Notes: a model not told the origin generated them from the sequence alone. Shown: positions 1-11,461, counted from the first letter of the stretch. The stretch: 32,000 nt of DNA from Halomicronema hongdechloris C2206 (GCF_002075285.3 NZ_CP021983.2:3240001-3272000), one strand, 5' to 3'. Program-made: numbers and translations.

Positions 1-17
1 GCCATTGCCCAGTAACG

Positions 18-3000
18 CTATTGCCCGGTCACGGCAAAGGTAGACAAGGCGGCTTCGACGTGGCTATAGTGGGCTTCAATTTCCGTGACGATGGCTGCCC
101 CATGGGTTAAATCGCCCTCTTTGCCGATTCCCTCCAGCAAGCGGCATCGTTCTGCAAGCGACACGGCTCCTAAACTGGCACTGCTAGATTTCAACTTGTG
201 GGCTGCAAAACTCAGGGCGCTTGCATCTTGGTGAGCGATCGCCGTTTTCATGGTTTGAATCAATGCTGGGGTTTCTTCTACAAAGATGTCGAGCAGCATT
301 GTCAGGCAGTCACGGGAATTGGCTCCCATGGACGCGAGCGTGGTTTGCAGGGCACCGTAGTCAATCATGGGGACGCGGCTACCGGAGGAGTCGTCTTCAG
401 CGACGGGCTCGGGGGTGGGCAGGACAGGAGGTTGGCGATTCGTCAGGTGAGAAGACCCACGAGTTAGGGCCTGGATGAGATCGTTGAACCGAATCGGCTT
501 GCCGACATAGTCATTCATCCCCGCGTGCAAACACCGTTCCCGATCGCCTTGCATGGCATTTGCCGTCATGGCAACAATATAAGGGCGCTCTACCGCCGGA
601 TAGCACTCGCAAATCTGTCGGGTGGCCGTGAGTCCATCCATTTCAGGCATCTGCACATCCATCAAAATGACATCATAGAATTGGCGACTGATCGCATCGA
701 GCACTTCCAGTCCGTTAGCGACGATATCGGCTCGATAGCCCAGCCGTTGAAGTAGTTGGATGGCAAGCTTTTGATTCACCCCATTATCTTCTGCAACCAA
801 AATTTTAAGGGGAAGTTTCTCTGCCAATTGATGATCCAGCTCAAATTTTTGTGGTTCAGAATACTGAATCCGGATGGGCTGCTCGTGAACGATGCCAATC
901 AGCGCGTTGAATAGCTGAGACTGCTTGATGGGCTTATTGAGAAAGGCTGCGAAGTGCGCTTTAATCTGCTCCTCGTCCATCTCGTACTGACCAATCGAGG
1001 TCAGCATCACCAGCGGTAAGTGGCGATAGAACGGTTGTTGATGAATCGCTTGAGCCACCATCAGGCCATCCATGTGGGGCATCTGCATGTCAAGAATGGC
1101 TAGATCGATCTCGGGATGGCGGGTTAAAATCTCTAGTGCTTCTGTTCCCGATGCAGCCACATGGGGAATCAAACCCCATGATTGGGTTTGTCGCATCAGG
1201 ATTTTGCGGTTAGTGTCGTTGTCGTCTACGATCAGCACCGCTTTCTGTTGCAGGTCGTGAGCGCTGCTGGTATGGATCCCATGATTTTGCTCCAAGGCTT
1301 TGATGGTGATGGTGAAAAAGAAGGTGGTTCCCTCGCCGACCTCACTTTCCATCCATATCTTGCCGCCCATTAGCTCGACCAGCTGTTGGCAGATGACTAG
1401 CCCCAGCCCGGTACCGCCATATTTACGGGTGGTGGAGGAGTCGATCTGGCTAAAGGGCTGAAAGAGTCGATCCATGCGTTCAGCCGGAATGCCAATGCCC
1501 GTATCCTGGACCGAAAACTGGAGCGATCGCCAATCCTCGGTCTGAGCCTCTCTGGCCAGTCCATCTGAGGGAGAGCAGGTCGAAACCCGAGCCACAATCT
1601 CGCCCTTGGGGGTAAATTTGACCGCATTGCTGAGCAGGTTCACCAGGATTTGCCGCAGTCGTGCCACATCTCCCAGCACCAAATCAGGCACATCGTGATC
1701 AATTTGATAGGCTAGCTCGAGCTGCTTTTCGGCTGCTTTTGCAAACAGCACATCAAAGGATTCTTCCACACAGTCCCGAATCTCAAAGGGATGTTCTTCC
1801 AGCTCTAGCCTGCCCGACTCGATTTTCGAGAAGTCTAAAATGTCGTTGATAATCGTGAGCAAGGCATCACCGCTGCTGCGGATGGTTGCGGCAAAGTCTT
1901 GTTGGGTAGGGGTCAAGGGCGTGTCTAACAAGAGCCCTGTCATGCCGATCACCGCATTCATTGGCGTGCGAATTTCGTGGCTCATCATGGCTAGAAATTC
2001 ACTCTTGGCCCGGGTGGCTTCCAGGGCTTCGTCTCGTGCCTGCGCCAGGTCTTGAGCGGCCAACTGCCGCTCAATTTCGCCTCCAAGCCATTGGGCCATC
2101 AGCATCAACAGTTCTTTGTCGAGGGACTTAAATGCTTTTTCGGTGGCCAGGGTGCTGTAAAAGTGCAACGTGCCGTAGATGGCGTCATTGACGATGATGG
2201 GGGCACCGACATAGACCTCGATGCCAAAGGCGCTATAGCAGGGGTGATGGTGCCAGTCGGAGTGCTCGGCACGGTTGATAAAAATGGGCGATTGCGCCTG
2301 GATCACATTGTGACAGTAGGTCTGTTTCAGATCTAAAATCGCTCCCCGGGTGATGGTGCCAGTCGGCCCCTGGCTGAGCACAATTTCGTAGCGATCGCCC
2401 TCAATTTTGGCCAGGGCCCCCACTTCCAGGTCAAACTGTTGCCGCCCCAGCTCCAAAATGGCTTGCAGCGTACGGTCAAAGTCGAGCTGATGGGCAGAGG
2501 TGACTTCATAGAGCGATCGCAACAGGGCTTCGCTGGCTCTCAGATTCTGCTCAACCCGCATCCGTTCCCGCAGTTCACTCTGCGACTGCCGGTACAGTTC
2601 AGACTGTTGGGCCGCGATCGCCACTTGCATTCCCAACTGCCGCAGGAGATCGACTTCTGTCTCATGCCAGGCCCGTGCCCGGTCGCACTGATGGGCAATC
2701 AACAGACCCCACAGCTGGTCGGTTTGAATGATGGGAACGATCAAACTCGCCTTGACCTGCAGCGTTTCTAACAATTCGAGTTCACAGGGCTTAAATCCAG
2801 CCGTGTAGACATCACTGACGTTGCTGATACCCCCCGTCTGGTAGAGTTGGGCACAGGTTTTGCCAAAACAACACGGATCATTGATGGAGATGTCAAAGAT
2901 CGATTGCCAATCCTCCTGCACCGATTCCGCGACGATTGCACCACTCCAGTCGGCATTGAAGCGGTAGATCACGACGCGATCGCTCTGCAGAAATTCCCGG

Positions 3001-4295
3001 ACTTCGGTGACGGTGGTGTCGAGGGTTTTGTCGAGATCCAGGAATCGGTAAATTCGCTGCGTAATGCGGCCCAGTAACCGCTCTCGTTCGACCTGCTGCT
3101 CGAGTTTCGCGGCTGCGAGCTTGGACTCGGTAATATCTTCATAGGTCCCCACAATGCCGATGATGTTGCCTGCCGCATCCGCCAGGGGCACCTTGCTGGA
3201 CTTCAGCCAGCGCCGAGTCCCGTCTGCCCTGACGTAGAGTTCTTCCTGATCGAGTTTGCACTGGTTGTGCTCCATCACCTGGCAATCATCGGCATAGTGC
3301 CGTGGGGCCTGGTCTCGCCAGGGCAGCCGGGTGTCATCCAGGCCGATGATGTCGTCTGGGGTTGAGACACCGGCGTCGTGGGCAAACCTGTGGTTGCCGC
3401 CGAGATACTGCCCCTGGCGATCTTTCCAAAACACTGCCTGGGGGATGCGATCGATGATGCTTCTCAGCAGGATTTCTTGCCCTTTGATATCTTTTAGGGT
3501 TTGCTGCAGCGTCGTTGCCATGGCATTGAACGCACGCTGCAGGCTGCCAATTTCGTTATGGCGCTTGATCGTTGCTCGGCGATCGAGATTGCCCCTGGCC
3601 AGGGCGTGAGCCAGTTCATTCAGTTCATTCAGCGGGGTGAAAATCTCACGCTGAAACAACACCAGGGTTGAGGCCGTGACCAGAACACTGATGATCAGGA
3701 CGGCGATCGCCTCCGCCACGATCTTATTGACAATTTCTCGTTGAAGCTGCCGGGTCGAATAGCCGAGACAAATTTCGCCGAGGAGCTCGTCTCCCGCTTG
3801 AATCGGCACCCGAATTTCACGAATGTCGGACGATTGCTGAATGGTGGCAATAACCGATAGGGGTTCAGACGAGGGGGACGCCGCGATCGCCTTGGCGACG
3901 TAAGGATTTGCAGCATTGAGGTATTGGGTCAGGGCATCCCCCGTGGGAGACACGGCCACACTGTAGACAACAGCCCCATCCCTGTTGATCTGCTCCATCA
4001 GACGCTCAAGGGCCAGAAAGTCCATCCTGAGCAGGGCTTCAGAGCTGACTCCTTCTAAAAGTCGGACTCTGCTTTCAAGCCTTTCTTCCAGGTTCTGCAA
4101 ACGCTCTGCCGATTCCCGGCGGGTGTGAATGGCTTGAACCGAGAATTGCACCCCCATGAAAATGGCGAGGGTGGCGCCCAGATATCGCACCGCGATGCTG
4201 TTTCTAATCCCGTGTTGCCGCCGCACCATACCAGTCGTCCTCCTCGTCATTGAGTGCTCAGTGATTGTCGGGGCAGTGCCCATCCTAGTCGGCAT
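18..4295 (-). CDS. Hybrid sensor histidine kinase (TM-sensor-TM, HAMP, PAS, 2x GAF, HisKA, HATPase_c, 2x REC, HPt)
   Basis: 1425-codon ORF. H-box '[10 protein letters not shown]', ATPase boxes 'DTGIGIP' and 'GGTGLGL'. Two receiver signatures, '[20 protein letters not shown]' and '[21 protein letters not shown]'. C-terminal HPt '[12 protein letters not shown]'. The true start may be an internal Met (4250 or 4229); the annotated start overlaps the upstream gene by 11 nt. Confidence 0.9.
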   Translation of the reverse strand: MPTRMGTAPTITEHSMTRRTTGMVRRQHGIRNSIAVRYLGATLAIFMGVQFSVQAIHTRRESAERLQNLEERLESRVRLLEGVSSEALLRMDFLALERLMEQINRDGAVVYSVAVSPTGDALTQYLNAANPYVAKAIAASPSSEPLSVIATIQQSSDIREIRVPIQAGDELLGEICLGYSTRQLQREIVNKIVAEAIAVLIISVLVTASTLVLFQREIFTPLNELNELAHALARGNLDRRATIKRHNEIGSLQRAFNAMATTLQQTLKDIKGQEILLRSIIDRIPQAVFWKDRQGQYLGGNHRFAHDAGVSTPDDIIGLDDTRLPWRDQAPRHYADDCQVMEHNQCKLDQEELYVRADGTRRWLKSSKVPLADAAGNIIGIVGTYEDITESKLAAAKLEQQVERERLLGRITQRIYRFLDLDKTLDTTVTEVREFLQSDRVVIYRFNADWSGAIVAESVQEDWQSIFDISINDPCCFGKTCAQLYQTGGISNVSDVYTAGFKPCELELLETLQVKASLIVPIIQTDQLWGLLIAHQCDRARAWHETEVDLLRQLGMQVAIAAQQSELYRQSQSELRERMRVEQNLRASEALLRSLYEVTSAHQLDFDRTLQAILELGRQQFDLEVGALAKIEGDRYEIVLSQGPTGTITRGAILDLKQTYCHNVIQAQSPIFINRAEHSDWHHHPCYSAFGIEVYVGAPIIVNDAIYGTLHFYSTLATEKAFKSLDKELLMLMAQWLGGEIERQLAAQDLAQARDEALEATRAKSEFLAMMSHEIRTPMNAVIGMTGLLLDTPLTPTQQDFAATIRSSGDALLTIINDILDFSKIESGRLELEEHPFEIRDCVEESFDVLFAKAAEKQLELAYQIDHDVPDLVLGDVARLRQILVNLLSNAVKFTPKGEIVARVSTCSPSDGLAREAQTEDWRSLQFSVQDTGIGIPAERMDRLFQPFSQIDSSTTRKYGGTGLGLVICQQLVELMGGKIWMESEVGEGTTFFFTITIKALEQNHGIHTSSAHDLQQKAVLIVDDNDTNRKILMRQTQSWGLIPHVAASGTEALEILTRHPEIDLAILDMQMPHMDGLMVAQAIHQQPFYRHLPLVMLTSIGQYEMDEEQIKAHFAAFLNKPIKQSQLFNALIGIVHEQPIRIQYSEPQKFELDHQLAEKLPLKILVAEDNGVNQKLAIQLLQRLGYRADIVANGLEVLDAISRQFYDVILMDVQMPEMDGLTATRQICECYPAVERPYIVAMTANAMQGDRERCLHAGMNDYVGKPIRFNDLIQALTRGSSHLTNRQPPVLPTPEPVAEDDSSGSRVPMIDYGALQTTLASMGANSRDCLTMLLDIFVEETPALIQTMKTAIAHQDASALSFAAHKLKSSSASLGAVSLAERCRLLEGIGKEGDLTHGAAIVTEIEAHYSHVEAALSTFAVTGQ

Positions 4296-5289
4296 CCCAG
4301 CTCTTTAGCTGTAAGGTTTCAATCAGCTCGTCAATGGGTCGGTAATTGACGGCATCCACAAAGCCTTCCAGGTTGGCAGCCGCCAGGGCGGGATGATCGG
4401 GCGGCATCGCCAACAATGCGGCTCCCACCGCATCGGACAGGGCCGGGTCGGTGTCGCTCAAGGCGGCGAGGGGCCATTCTGGGTAAAGGGTCGTGGTGTG
4501 GGGATAGACAAAGTCATCCCTGGCCTGGTCGAGGATTTTGATCCCATCGGCGTCAGGCAACAGTCCGTTTTTTACCATCTTTTCCAGCTGTCCCGTGCGA
4601 ATGAAGCCGGCGTCGATCGTCCTGTTGAGAACGGCCAGTACAATGCTGTCCTGGGATGGATTTTCGATGAACTCGCCAAAATCCTTGAAGGGATCAATCT
4701 CGGCCTGGCGCAGATGATGGATCTGAAACAGGCAGCCCGCAGCAGCCGTCTCAAAATCGACGCAGGCCACTCGCTGGCCCCGTAGATCCTCAAGGGACTG
4801 CAAGGCACTATCGGCTCTGGCAATGATTAACCCGCTAAATTCACTGCCTGATCTGGGACGGGAATGGGTCACTAAAAACTCTGTGTGATAAAACCGCTGC
4901 ACCTGCACGGCGGCCAGGGGGTTGGTGGCTATGAAGTCTATCTCGCCCGCTGCAACGGCTGTAAACTGGCTGTCTTGGGTCAGCGCCACCAGCTCAACGG
5001 GACGATCGAGAGTCTCTGCCAGGTAGTCAATGAGCGGCTGGTAGCGTTTGTGCATGGATAGGGCACTATCAATGGCAAGGACCCCAACCCGCACGGGGCG
5101 CTGAACAGCGACCATTCCCGGTGCCGATGCTGGGACTCGGGTCACACCATCAGAGGCAGTATCGCGACTCGGATCAGCGAAAGCCTCGGGACGCTCGGAC
5201 GACGAAGGCTGACCACAGGCACTCAACCCCAGCAGGCATATCAGGCTGATAACACCAGCAGTCGAGACGGCAGCAGGATGAATGGGCAT
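4285..5289 (-). CDS. PhnD/phosphonate-binding-like periplasmic substrate-binding lipoprotein (sensor-associated)
   Basis: ORF 4285..5358. I prefer the ATG at 5289 ('MPIHPAAV..'), which is preceded by GGAG. Lipobox 'LLGLSAC'. The PBP-like core '[23 protein letters not shown]...[13 protein letters not shown]' is typical of the phosphonate-bd family. It is co-oriented with and overlaps the kinase gene. Confidence 0.75.
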   Translation of the reverse strand: MPIHPAAVSTAGVISLICLLGLSACGQPSSSERPEAFADPSRDTASDGVTRVPASAPGMVAVQRPVRVGVLAIDSALSMHKRYQPLIDYLAETLDRPVELVALTQDSQFTAVAAGEIDFIATNPLAAVQVQRFYHTEFLVTHSRPRSGSEFSGLIIARADSALQSLEDLRGQRVACVDFETAAAGCLFQIHHLRQAEIDPFKDFGEFIENPSQDSIVLAVLNRTIDAGFIRTGQLEKMVKNGLLPDADGIKILDQARDDFVYPHTTTLYPEWPLAALSDTDPALSDAVGAALLAMPPDHPALAAANLEGFVDAVNYRPIDELIETLQLKSWDAD

Positions 5290-5326
5290 GAGTAAACGGG
5301 CTCCTGAAGAATGGGAGTGGGGTAAC

Positions 5327-6316
5327 TTAAGACCCGTGTCGTGGAGGATGACTGTCAAACGGGGTGATCAGCTGACCCGCACTGAAAGCGGCGATGGCAT
5401 CTCGTCCATTGCGTTTCGCCTGGTACAGGGCTTGATCGGACCCTTCGATCAGGACAGCGGCTGCGATGTCTCGGGTGGGAACCGTGCTGGCTACTCCCTG
5501 ACTGATGGTGACGTGGGAACTGACTGAGTTTGGGTGGGGAAGGGCAAGGATTTTGAGCTCTGCTCGGATGGCTTGGGCAATGCCCATGGCCCCGTCGAGC
5601 CTAGTATCCGGCAGGATAATGGCAAATTCTTCGCCACCATAGCGGGCTACGATGTCGGTCGCCCGTTTGGCAGCATGACTCAAGACCTGGGCGACTCGCT
5701 GCAGGCAGGCATCCCCGGCCTGATGCCCGTAAATATCGTTGTAAGCCTTGAAATAATCGACATCGCATAGGATGAGCGAGAGACTCGTCTGATAGCGCAG
5801 CGATCGCCTCCACTCACGCTCGAAACAGTCATCGAAGTAACGACGATTGGCTAGGTTGGTCAGCTGATCGGTAATGGCAAGCTGATGGAGTTTTTGGTTG
5901 ACTAATGCGAGTTCCCGGTAAAAATATTCCTTCTCCAGCAGGTTCCTGACACGCCGTCGCAAAATCGGCCAGTGAATGGGTTTGGTCACATAGTCCGTTG
6001 CTCCTAGGTCAAATGCCCAATCGACCGATGCCTTGTCTTCCAATCCGGTAATCATGATGATGGGGGTTTGCGCGGCACCGGGTAGGGTAAGCAGTTTTGC
6101 ACAGCAATCAAAGCCGTTCATGGTTGGCATCATGGCATCGAGCAACACTAGATTAGGTTGCTGCCGCCCGTAGACGCTCAGGCACTCTTCTCCGTCGCTG
6201 GCTTCTATGACTCGGTATCCTTCCTGGGTTAGGGCTTGACGCAGCATTGTGCGCGTCAATCGATCGTCCTCAACCAGAAGGATCAAAAACGATTCGGCTT
6301 GAAAGGGCATGGACAT
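5327..6316 (-). CDS. Response regulator with GGDEF output domain (diguanylate cyclase, PleD-like)
   Basis: N-terminal REC ('ILLVEDDRLTR..LLDAMMPTMNG..TKP'). C-terminal GGDEF domain with an intact 'RYGGEEF' active-site motif. Confidence 0.9.
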   Translation of the reverse strand: MSMPFQAESFLILLVEDDRLTRTMLRQALTQEGYRVIEASDGEECLSVYGRQQPNLVLLDAMMPTMNGFDCCAKLLTLPGAAQTPIIMITGLEDKASVDWAFDLGATDYVTKPIHWPILRRRVRNLLEKEYFYRELALVNQKLHQLAITDQLTNLANRRYFDDCFEREWRRSLRYQTSLSLILCDVDYFKAYNDIYGHQAGDACLQRVAQVLSHAAKRATDIVARYGGEEFAIILPDTRLDGAMGIAQAIRAELKILALPHPNSVSSHVTISQGVASTVPTRDIAAAVLIEGSDQALYQAKRNGRDAIAAFSAGQLITPFDSHPPRHGS

Positions 6317-6579
6317 TGGTCAACCGTCACGGCTACTCCCTTAAAATTCCCTGGTGGTCGGGGGGGATAACGGTAGCTTGTTTAATCAGGGTAGGAACAG
6401 ACCTCTGAGTAGTCTTTGTGACGTTACGCCATGCGATCGCACAGACAGACAACATCGACCCGAGGGAAAGAGATGAGTCAATTGGTCGGAAATCACTGAG
6501 CCGAGAGCAGGGCCTGTCCCAGGATCAGTACCACCAGCGGTAGAGTGACATTATCAATGTCCTTAAACGGCAGGACTTC

Positions 6580-6625
6580 TATAGCGTTGGCCAGTCAGCT
6601 TAGGACATGACTGATCGCCCAATGG
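6580..6625 (-). repeat. 46-nt intergenic repeat, copy 1 (inverted relative to copy 2 at 22928-22973)
   Basis: The reverse complement matches 22928-22973 at 40/46 positions by hand alignment, including an exact 24-mer CTAAGCTGACTGGCCAACGCTATA (6580-6603 vs 22950-22973). Confidence 0.85.
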
Positions 6626-7034
6626 CCCAATTTAGGCAGGCTGACTGGCTCGCCACCGCACAAAACATTGTGGCAGTGGCTATACCAGGGTGGCCGCCGC
6701 TGCGATCAAGGCCGTTGCGATCGCAGTTTTGCCAAGATCAAATCCCGGCTGGAAATAGCCCATGCGGTTGAACAGCAGCAACGCCCCATTCCCAAACAAA
6801 AAGCTGGCCAGGAACATGGCCTTGGGGCCCGCCCAATATCCACGGAGTCGGAGAGCGGGTGTCGCTCTATATGTCCTGACTCTCCAGGCCACTGAAGATG
6901 CCTCACTTAATTCACATTAGGCGTGAATTGGGTATTAACCCATTTAATAGAGCCGCCGCTTTTGGAATCCACTAAAGAAGCGCGATATACTCCCTTGCAG
7001 CAATATTGCAGCGATCAGTCAATAAGGGGGAGAC

Positions 7035-8402
7035 ATGGTAGCGGTTGCGATCTTAGCTGCCGGCAAAGGCACGCGGATGAAGTCCAACTTGCCTAAGGTG
7101 CTACATCTGGTGGGGGGGCAATCCATGGTAGAGCGAGTCTTGGGAAGTTTGAGTGAGATTGATCCCGACCCTCGCCTGATTGTTGTGGGCTATGGCCGTG
7201 AACACGTGAAAGCCACCCTGGCCTCTCTGCCAGGATTAACCTTTGTAGACCAACTGGAACAGCTGGGCACTGGCCATGCCGTGCAGCAAGTCATGCCTTA
7301 CCTGGGCGACTACGCCGGAGATTTGCTGGTCTTGAATGGAGATGTGCCCCTGTTACGGCCTAGCTCTTTGAAAAAGCTGGTCGACCTGCATCAACACCAT
7401 GGCAATGCCGCTACCCTACTCACAGCCCAGATCGCTGACTCCAGTGGCTATGGGCGTGTTTTCTGCAGTGAGGACAACCTCGTCACTGAAATCGTGGAGC
7501 ATCGCGATTGCAGCCCAGCCCAGCTCAAAAATCCCCGCATTAATGCCGGGGTGTACTGTTTTCACTGGCCTGCCCTGAAACAGATCCTGCCCCACCTACA
7601 GACCGATAATGACCAAAAAGAATACTATCTCACCGATGTCATCCAAGAAATGTCCCCCGTAATGGCGGTAGATGTAGACGATCCCCAAGAAATCCTCGGC
7701 ATCAATGACCGTAAGCAATTGGCGGCTGCCTATGCGATTCTGCAGCAACGGATTAAGGACCACTGGATGGCCGCTGGCGTCACCTTAATTGATCCCGACA
7801 GCATCACCATCGATACCGAGACCACCCTGGAGCCAGATGTGGTGATTGAGCCCCAGACCCACCTACGCGGCAAGACCACCATCGGTCGGGACAGTCATAT
7901 CGGCCCCAACTGTTTGATCGAGAATAGCCATATTGGCTCTAATGTCACCGCCCTGTATTCCGTCATCAGCGACAGCACGGTACAGAGTGACAGCCGCGTT
8001 GGTCCTTACACCCACCTGCGGGGCCAAGCAGCCATTGGCCAACAGTGCCGTGTCGGCAACTTTGTCGAGATTAAGAAATCCACGGTAGGAGATGGCACCA
8101 ACGTGGCCCACTTGGCTTATCTAGGCGATGCCACCCTAGGACAACAGGTGAATGTGGGGGCAGGTACCATCACCGCCAACTACGATGGCTACCAGAAGCA
8201 TGCCACCACCATTGGCGACCACACCAAGACTGGCTCCAATAGTGTTTTCGTGGCCCCCGTTGCCATTGGCCAGGGAGTCACGGTGGGGGCTGGCTCGGTG
8301 GTCACCAAAGATGTACCGGACGATTGCCTGGTGGTGGCGCGGGCACCGCAGAAGGTGATTCCGGGTTGGCAACCCAAGTCAGAGCGACAGTCCTCAGACT
8401 AA
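7035..8402 (+). CDS. glmU: Bifunctional UDP-N-acetylglucosamine pyrophosphorylase / glucosamine-1-phosphate N-acetyltransferase
   Basis: 455 aa. N-terminal '[16 protein letters not shown]' nucleotidyltransferase motif. C-terminal left-handed beta-helix hexapeptide repeats ('[35 protein letters not shown]'). Confidence 0.95.
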   Translation: MVAVAILAAGKGTRMKSNLPKVLHLVGGQSMVERVLGSLSEIDPDPRLIVVGYGREHVKATLASLPGLTFVDQLEQLGTGHAVQQVMPYLGDYAGDLLVLNGDVPLLRPSSLKKLVDLHQHHGNAATLLTAQIADSSGYGRVFCSEDNLVTEIVEHRDCSPAQLKNPRINAGVYCFHWPALKQILPHLQTDNDQKEYYLTDVIQEMSPVMAVDVDDPQEILGINDRKQLAAAYAILQQRIKDHWMAAGVTLIDPDSITIDTETTLEPDVVIEPQTHLRGKTTIGRDSHIGPNCLIENSHIGSNVTALYSVISDSTVQSDSRVGPYTHLRGQAAIGQQCRVGNFVEIKKSTVGDGTNVAHLAYLGDATLGQQVNVGAGTITANYDGYQKHATTIGDHTKTGSNSVFVAPVAIGQGVTVGAGSVVTKDVPDDCLVVARAPQKVIPGWQPKSERQSSD

Positions 8403-8422
8403 GCCCAGCCACATAGCAACTT

Positions 8423-9124
8423 TCAGGTATCGAGAGGGTCAATGCCCTGCGCTTTCATTTGAGCCCGGAGGCGCTGTAGTTCCTGCTCTGCCTGCTCTGC
8501 CCGCTGGCGTTCTTGTGCCGCTAGCTCCTCGGGGGAGGGAATTAATTCCCCATCTGGGGTAAAAAAACGTAGCTTGTTTTCATGCACTCCCAGGTAAAGT
8601 TCCAGTTGATTGCTCCAGAGCCAGCCTTGTCCAGTGGTAGGAATGGGTTCATAGCGACCATCCAACAGGTGGAAGCCTTCTAGCTCAAACGTATCGGGAT
8701 CAAACCAAAAGTAATCGGGGGTACGAAAGATGTTTTGATACAGGACTTTTTTAGGCCCCTTGTCGACCTGCTTAGTCGAGGTGGACAAAATTTCTAGGAT
8801 TACGTTGGGATATTGGCCTTGTTCATCCCATACCACCCAGCTGCGACGATCTTTTTTCTCGGTGCCTAGAACCACAAAAAAGTCCGGCCCCCTAAAATCG
8901 CGGGATTTGAGCTGCTGCTGATTGTAGTAAATCGTCAAGTTACCGGAAATGTAAACATCGTTGCGATCGCACCACCACCCGCGCAAGATTCGAATCAGTA
9001 GGTCGATTTGGTCCCGGTGAAAATCGCTTTCCAAGGGCGGTTCATCACTCCAGAGATTGCTCGGGAGCCACTGCACGTCATCGGCTGCAACCGCTTCAGT
9101 AACCGAGGCTGTGGGCTGAGACAT
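8423..9124 (-). CDS. Uma2-family (DUF820) putative endonuclease with C-terminal coiled coil
   Basis: ORF 8423..9169. The ATG at 9124 is preceded by GGGAGG. 'PDFFVV...EILS' is a PD-(D/E)xK-like core typical of cyanobacterial Uma2 proteins. The tail is charged and helical ('QERQRAEQAEQELQRLRAQ'). Confidence 0.75.
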   Translation of the reverse strand: MSQPTASVTEAVAADDVQWLPSNLWSDEPPLESDFHRDQIDLLIRILRGWWCDRNDVYISGNLTIYYNQQQLKSRDFRGPDFFVVLGTEKKDRRSWVVWDEQGQYPNVILEILSTSTKQVDKGPKKVLYQNIFRTPDYFWFDPDTFELEGFHLLDGRYEPIPTTGQGWLWSNQLELYLGVHENKLRFFTPDGELIPSPEELAAQERQRAEQAEQELQRLRAQMKAQGIDPLDT

Positions 9125-10035
9125 AGGTGAACCTCCCGCAGAATACATCCATTGTATGCAACTACCCATGTATGCAATTACCCAGGGGCCTTCAGCATGT
9201 CACTGCAGATTGGCCCCTGGCACTCGCTCTAGAGTTAGATCACATCCAGCTGATCAGCCTCAAAAAACTAATGCGGATTTGATATTGGGTAGGTGATATA
9301 GCAACCGTGCCTATGCTTAGGACGGTTGCGGTCAGGTAGCTCCCTAGGCTAGGCATGGGAGCGATTCTCAATGTCCTAAGCTACCTGACAAACGCAATAG
9401 CTATTCCCTGTGCCGGTTGGTAAAGGCTGACTACCCCGTGGCGGTGGGTGCAGCGGTAGAGGGTCAGGACACTGAAGCACCAGAGGTCGGTTAACGGCCG
9501 CAGTGCAATGCAACTAATGGTGTTTGCAGCCAGGTGTCAATAGCAGCCTGGGGAGCTGGCATGGCTGCCGCCCTTAAAGCCAGCTGGGGAAGTGGCATAG
9601 AACTGCCTTAGGTTGGCCGGTGTAGTCGTTACAACATAGATACAGCCTGAGCACATCCTAAAAGCTCATGGCTGCACCCCAACGGCATGGGTCTACCTAT
9701 GATGACGACCATATCCCCCAGCCTCAGACCTGAGACAAGCTTCCTGATGATGTAGACGTGGACTTTGGTTGGGTCCCGTTTAGATCTGACGGGTTACCTG
9801 CCGGAAGCCTCGATCTAGAGCTGGCTTGATTATAGACCTGTGGGTCGTTGTTTGACGTTTAGATCCTGCTGTTCTGCATTAGATAGACAGGCGCAGGGCC
9901 GAGCGCCTGCCGTGAACGGGCAGATTGGCAGGAAAACACCCAATACCCATTGACTAGGTTCGGTTGGTTCTACGGAATCAGGCGGGGACCGTTGGTGGCG
10001 TGCAATGTAAACACGACTTGATTTGGAGAACTACC

Positions 10036-10521
10036 ATGACTATTCGTCTCTTTGCTACCCTGTCCGCTGGTGTTGTCGCGGCTGCGATCGCAACTCTGCC
10101 GATGGCCGCCCAGGCCCAAACCGCCCCCACCGACTACGACTATGTTGGCGTCGGTGTCGGTGTCGGCAACGTGGGCGATAGCGATGTCGGCTTTGCCGTC
10201 AACAGCAAAATCACCCTGGGCGATAACGTCTCCTTGCGGCCCGGGGCCATCACCGACTTTGACTTCGACGATGGCCAAACCCACGTCCTGGTGCCCATTA
10301 CCTACGATTTCAACCCCGTTACCCCCAACGGCAAGCTATTGCCCTATGCTGGGGCCGGGCTCTCCGTAGAAACGGGTGAAAATGAGGAAGTGGGGGGCCT
10401 CCTCACCGCTGGGGCCGACTATCGCCTCACTGAGCAGTTGACGGCCAATGCCGCGGTCAATTGGTCCATTTCCGATACCAGTCCCGTCAACGGCGTCATC
10501 GGAGTGGGCTATACCTTCTAG
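10036..10521 (+). CDS. Small outer-membrane beta-barrel protein (OmpW/opacity-like)
   Basis: The ATG at 10036 is preceded by GGAGAA. Signal peptide 'MTIRLFATLSAGVVAAAIATLPMAAQA'. Alternating amphipathic strands, and a C-terminal 'GVGYTF' ending in an aromatic residue. Confidence 0.6.
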   Translation: MTIRLFATLSAGVVAAAIATLPMAAQAQTAPTDYDYVGVGVGVGNVGDSDVGFAVNSKITLGDNVSLRPGAITDFDFDDGQTHVLVPITYDFNPVTPNGKLLPYAGAGLSVETGENEEVGGLLTAGADYRLTEQLTANAAVNWSISDTSPVNGVIGVGYTF

Positions 10522-10555
10522 GCTCACCCCGATCGGATATCGATCTCCATGGGCC

Positions 10556-10581
10556 GAGGGGCGCACTGCGGTGCGCCCCTC
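10556..10581. terminator. Perfect 11-bp GC-rich hairpin between convergent genes (candidate bidirectional terminator)
   Basis: GAGGGGCGCAC-tgcg-GTGCGCCCCTC. It lies 35 nt after the OMP stop and overlaps the stop codon of the ubiA-like gene. There is no U-tract on either strand. Confidence 0.45.
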
Positions 10582-11461
10582 AGAGCATTCCCAGAATCAT
10601 GCCAGCCAGAAGCAAAAACCCCAGCCAGACATTTTGGCGAAAGATTTGGCCATAGCGCTGAGGAGGCGGGGCATATTGGCTGAGTTGAAAGGTCTGGCGA
10701 CCCCAGATTAACAGTGCGATCGCCAGGGCTAACCAGTAGGCCACTCCTAGGCCCATAACCCAGCCCAGGCCTCCTAGGCATAGGCCAGATCCGAGAAAGC
10801 ATAGCCCCACCATCACCGGGGTGCGCCGCCCGAAAAATAGTGCACTGGAGTGAATGCCTAAGCGCCGATCATACTCTCGATCGGGGATGGCGTAGACCGT
10901 ATCGAATCCCAGGGTCCATAGTAGCGTTGCTACCCAGAGTAATGCCATCGGGGCTTCCAATCGACCCGTCACCGCTGTCCAGGGAATCAACACGGCGAAT
11001 CCCCAGGCTATCGATAGCACCAACTGGGGTACTGGAAAGACTCGCTTGGCAGTCGGATACAGCACGATCACCGGCACCGCCACTACACAGAGCCAGAAAC
11101 TGAGGGGATTGAGATAGAGGGCCAACCCGTAGGCGCAGAGAAACGCGGCTAGGGCCACTACGATGCCCACTGGCACCGACAGAGTTTGTGCCGCCAAGGG
11201 CCGTTGGCGGGTGCGCTCGACCTGGGCATCAATGCGGCGATCCCAGAGATCATTGACCACACATCCGGCCGCGCTCGTCACTAAGCTGCCTACCACGATC
11301 ACCCCCACCAGGGGCCAGGGAGGCCCCCCTCGGGCTGCTAAAAAGACTGCCCATAACGCGGGCACCATCAGGATTAAACGTCCCGTGGGTTTATGCCATC
11401 GCAGTAGCCGCACAATCGCACGCCAGGTCGGTTCAGACCGCTGAATTTGGGGGCTAGTCAT
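10580..11461 (-). CDS. ubiA: UbiA-family 4-hydroxybenzoate polyprenyl(solanesyl)transferase
   Basis: 293 aa polytopic membrane protein with the prenyltransferase motif 'NDLWDRRIDAQVERTRQRPLA' and a second Asp-rich region 'YAIPDREYDRRLG'. Confidence 0.85.
   Translation of the reverse strand: MTSPQIQRSEPTWRAIVRLLRWHKPTGRLILMVPALWAVFLAARGGPPWPLVGVIVVGSLVTSAAGCVVNDLWDRRIDAQVERTRQRPLAAQTLSVPVGIVVALAAFLCAYGLALYLNPLSFWLCVVAVPVIVLYPTAKRVFPVPQLVLSIAWGFAVLIPWTAVTGRLEAPMALLWVATLLWTLGFDTVYAIPDREYDRRLGIHSSALFFGRRTPVMVGLCFLGSGLCLGGLGWVMGLGVAYWLALAIALLIWGRQTFQLSQYAPPPQRYGQIFRQNVWLGFLLLAGMILGML

Noticed and set aside
198-3916. About 17 short ORFs (62-110 aa) on both strands inside the histidine-kinase gene
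   Set aside because: All are nested in or antisense to a 1425-codon ORF with clear domain signatures. Their products are low-complexity Arg/Pro/Gly-rich, as expected from off-frame translation of GC-rich coding DNA.
6668-6906. Overlapping small ORFs (66-75 aa) between the GGDEF gene and glmU; the minus-strand one has a hydrophobic tail 'MFLASFLFGNGALLLFNRMGYF..AIATALIAAAATLV'
   Set aside because: I found no recognisable family, no clear RBS, and mutually overlapping alternatives. Downstream off-frame fragments (for example '..VLPFKDIDNVTLPLVVLILGQALLSAQ') might indicate a decayed membrane-protein gene, but I cannot support a call.
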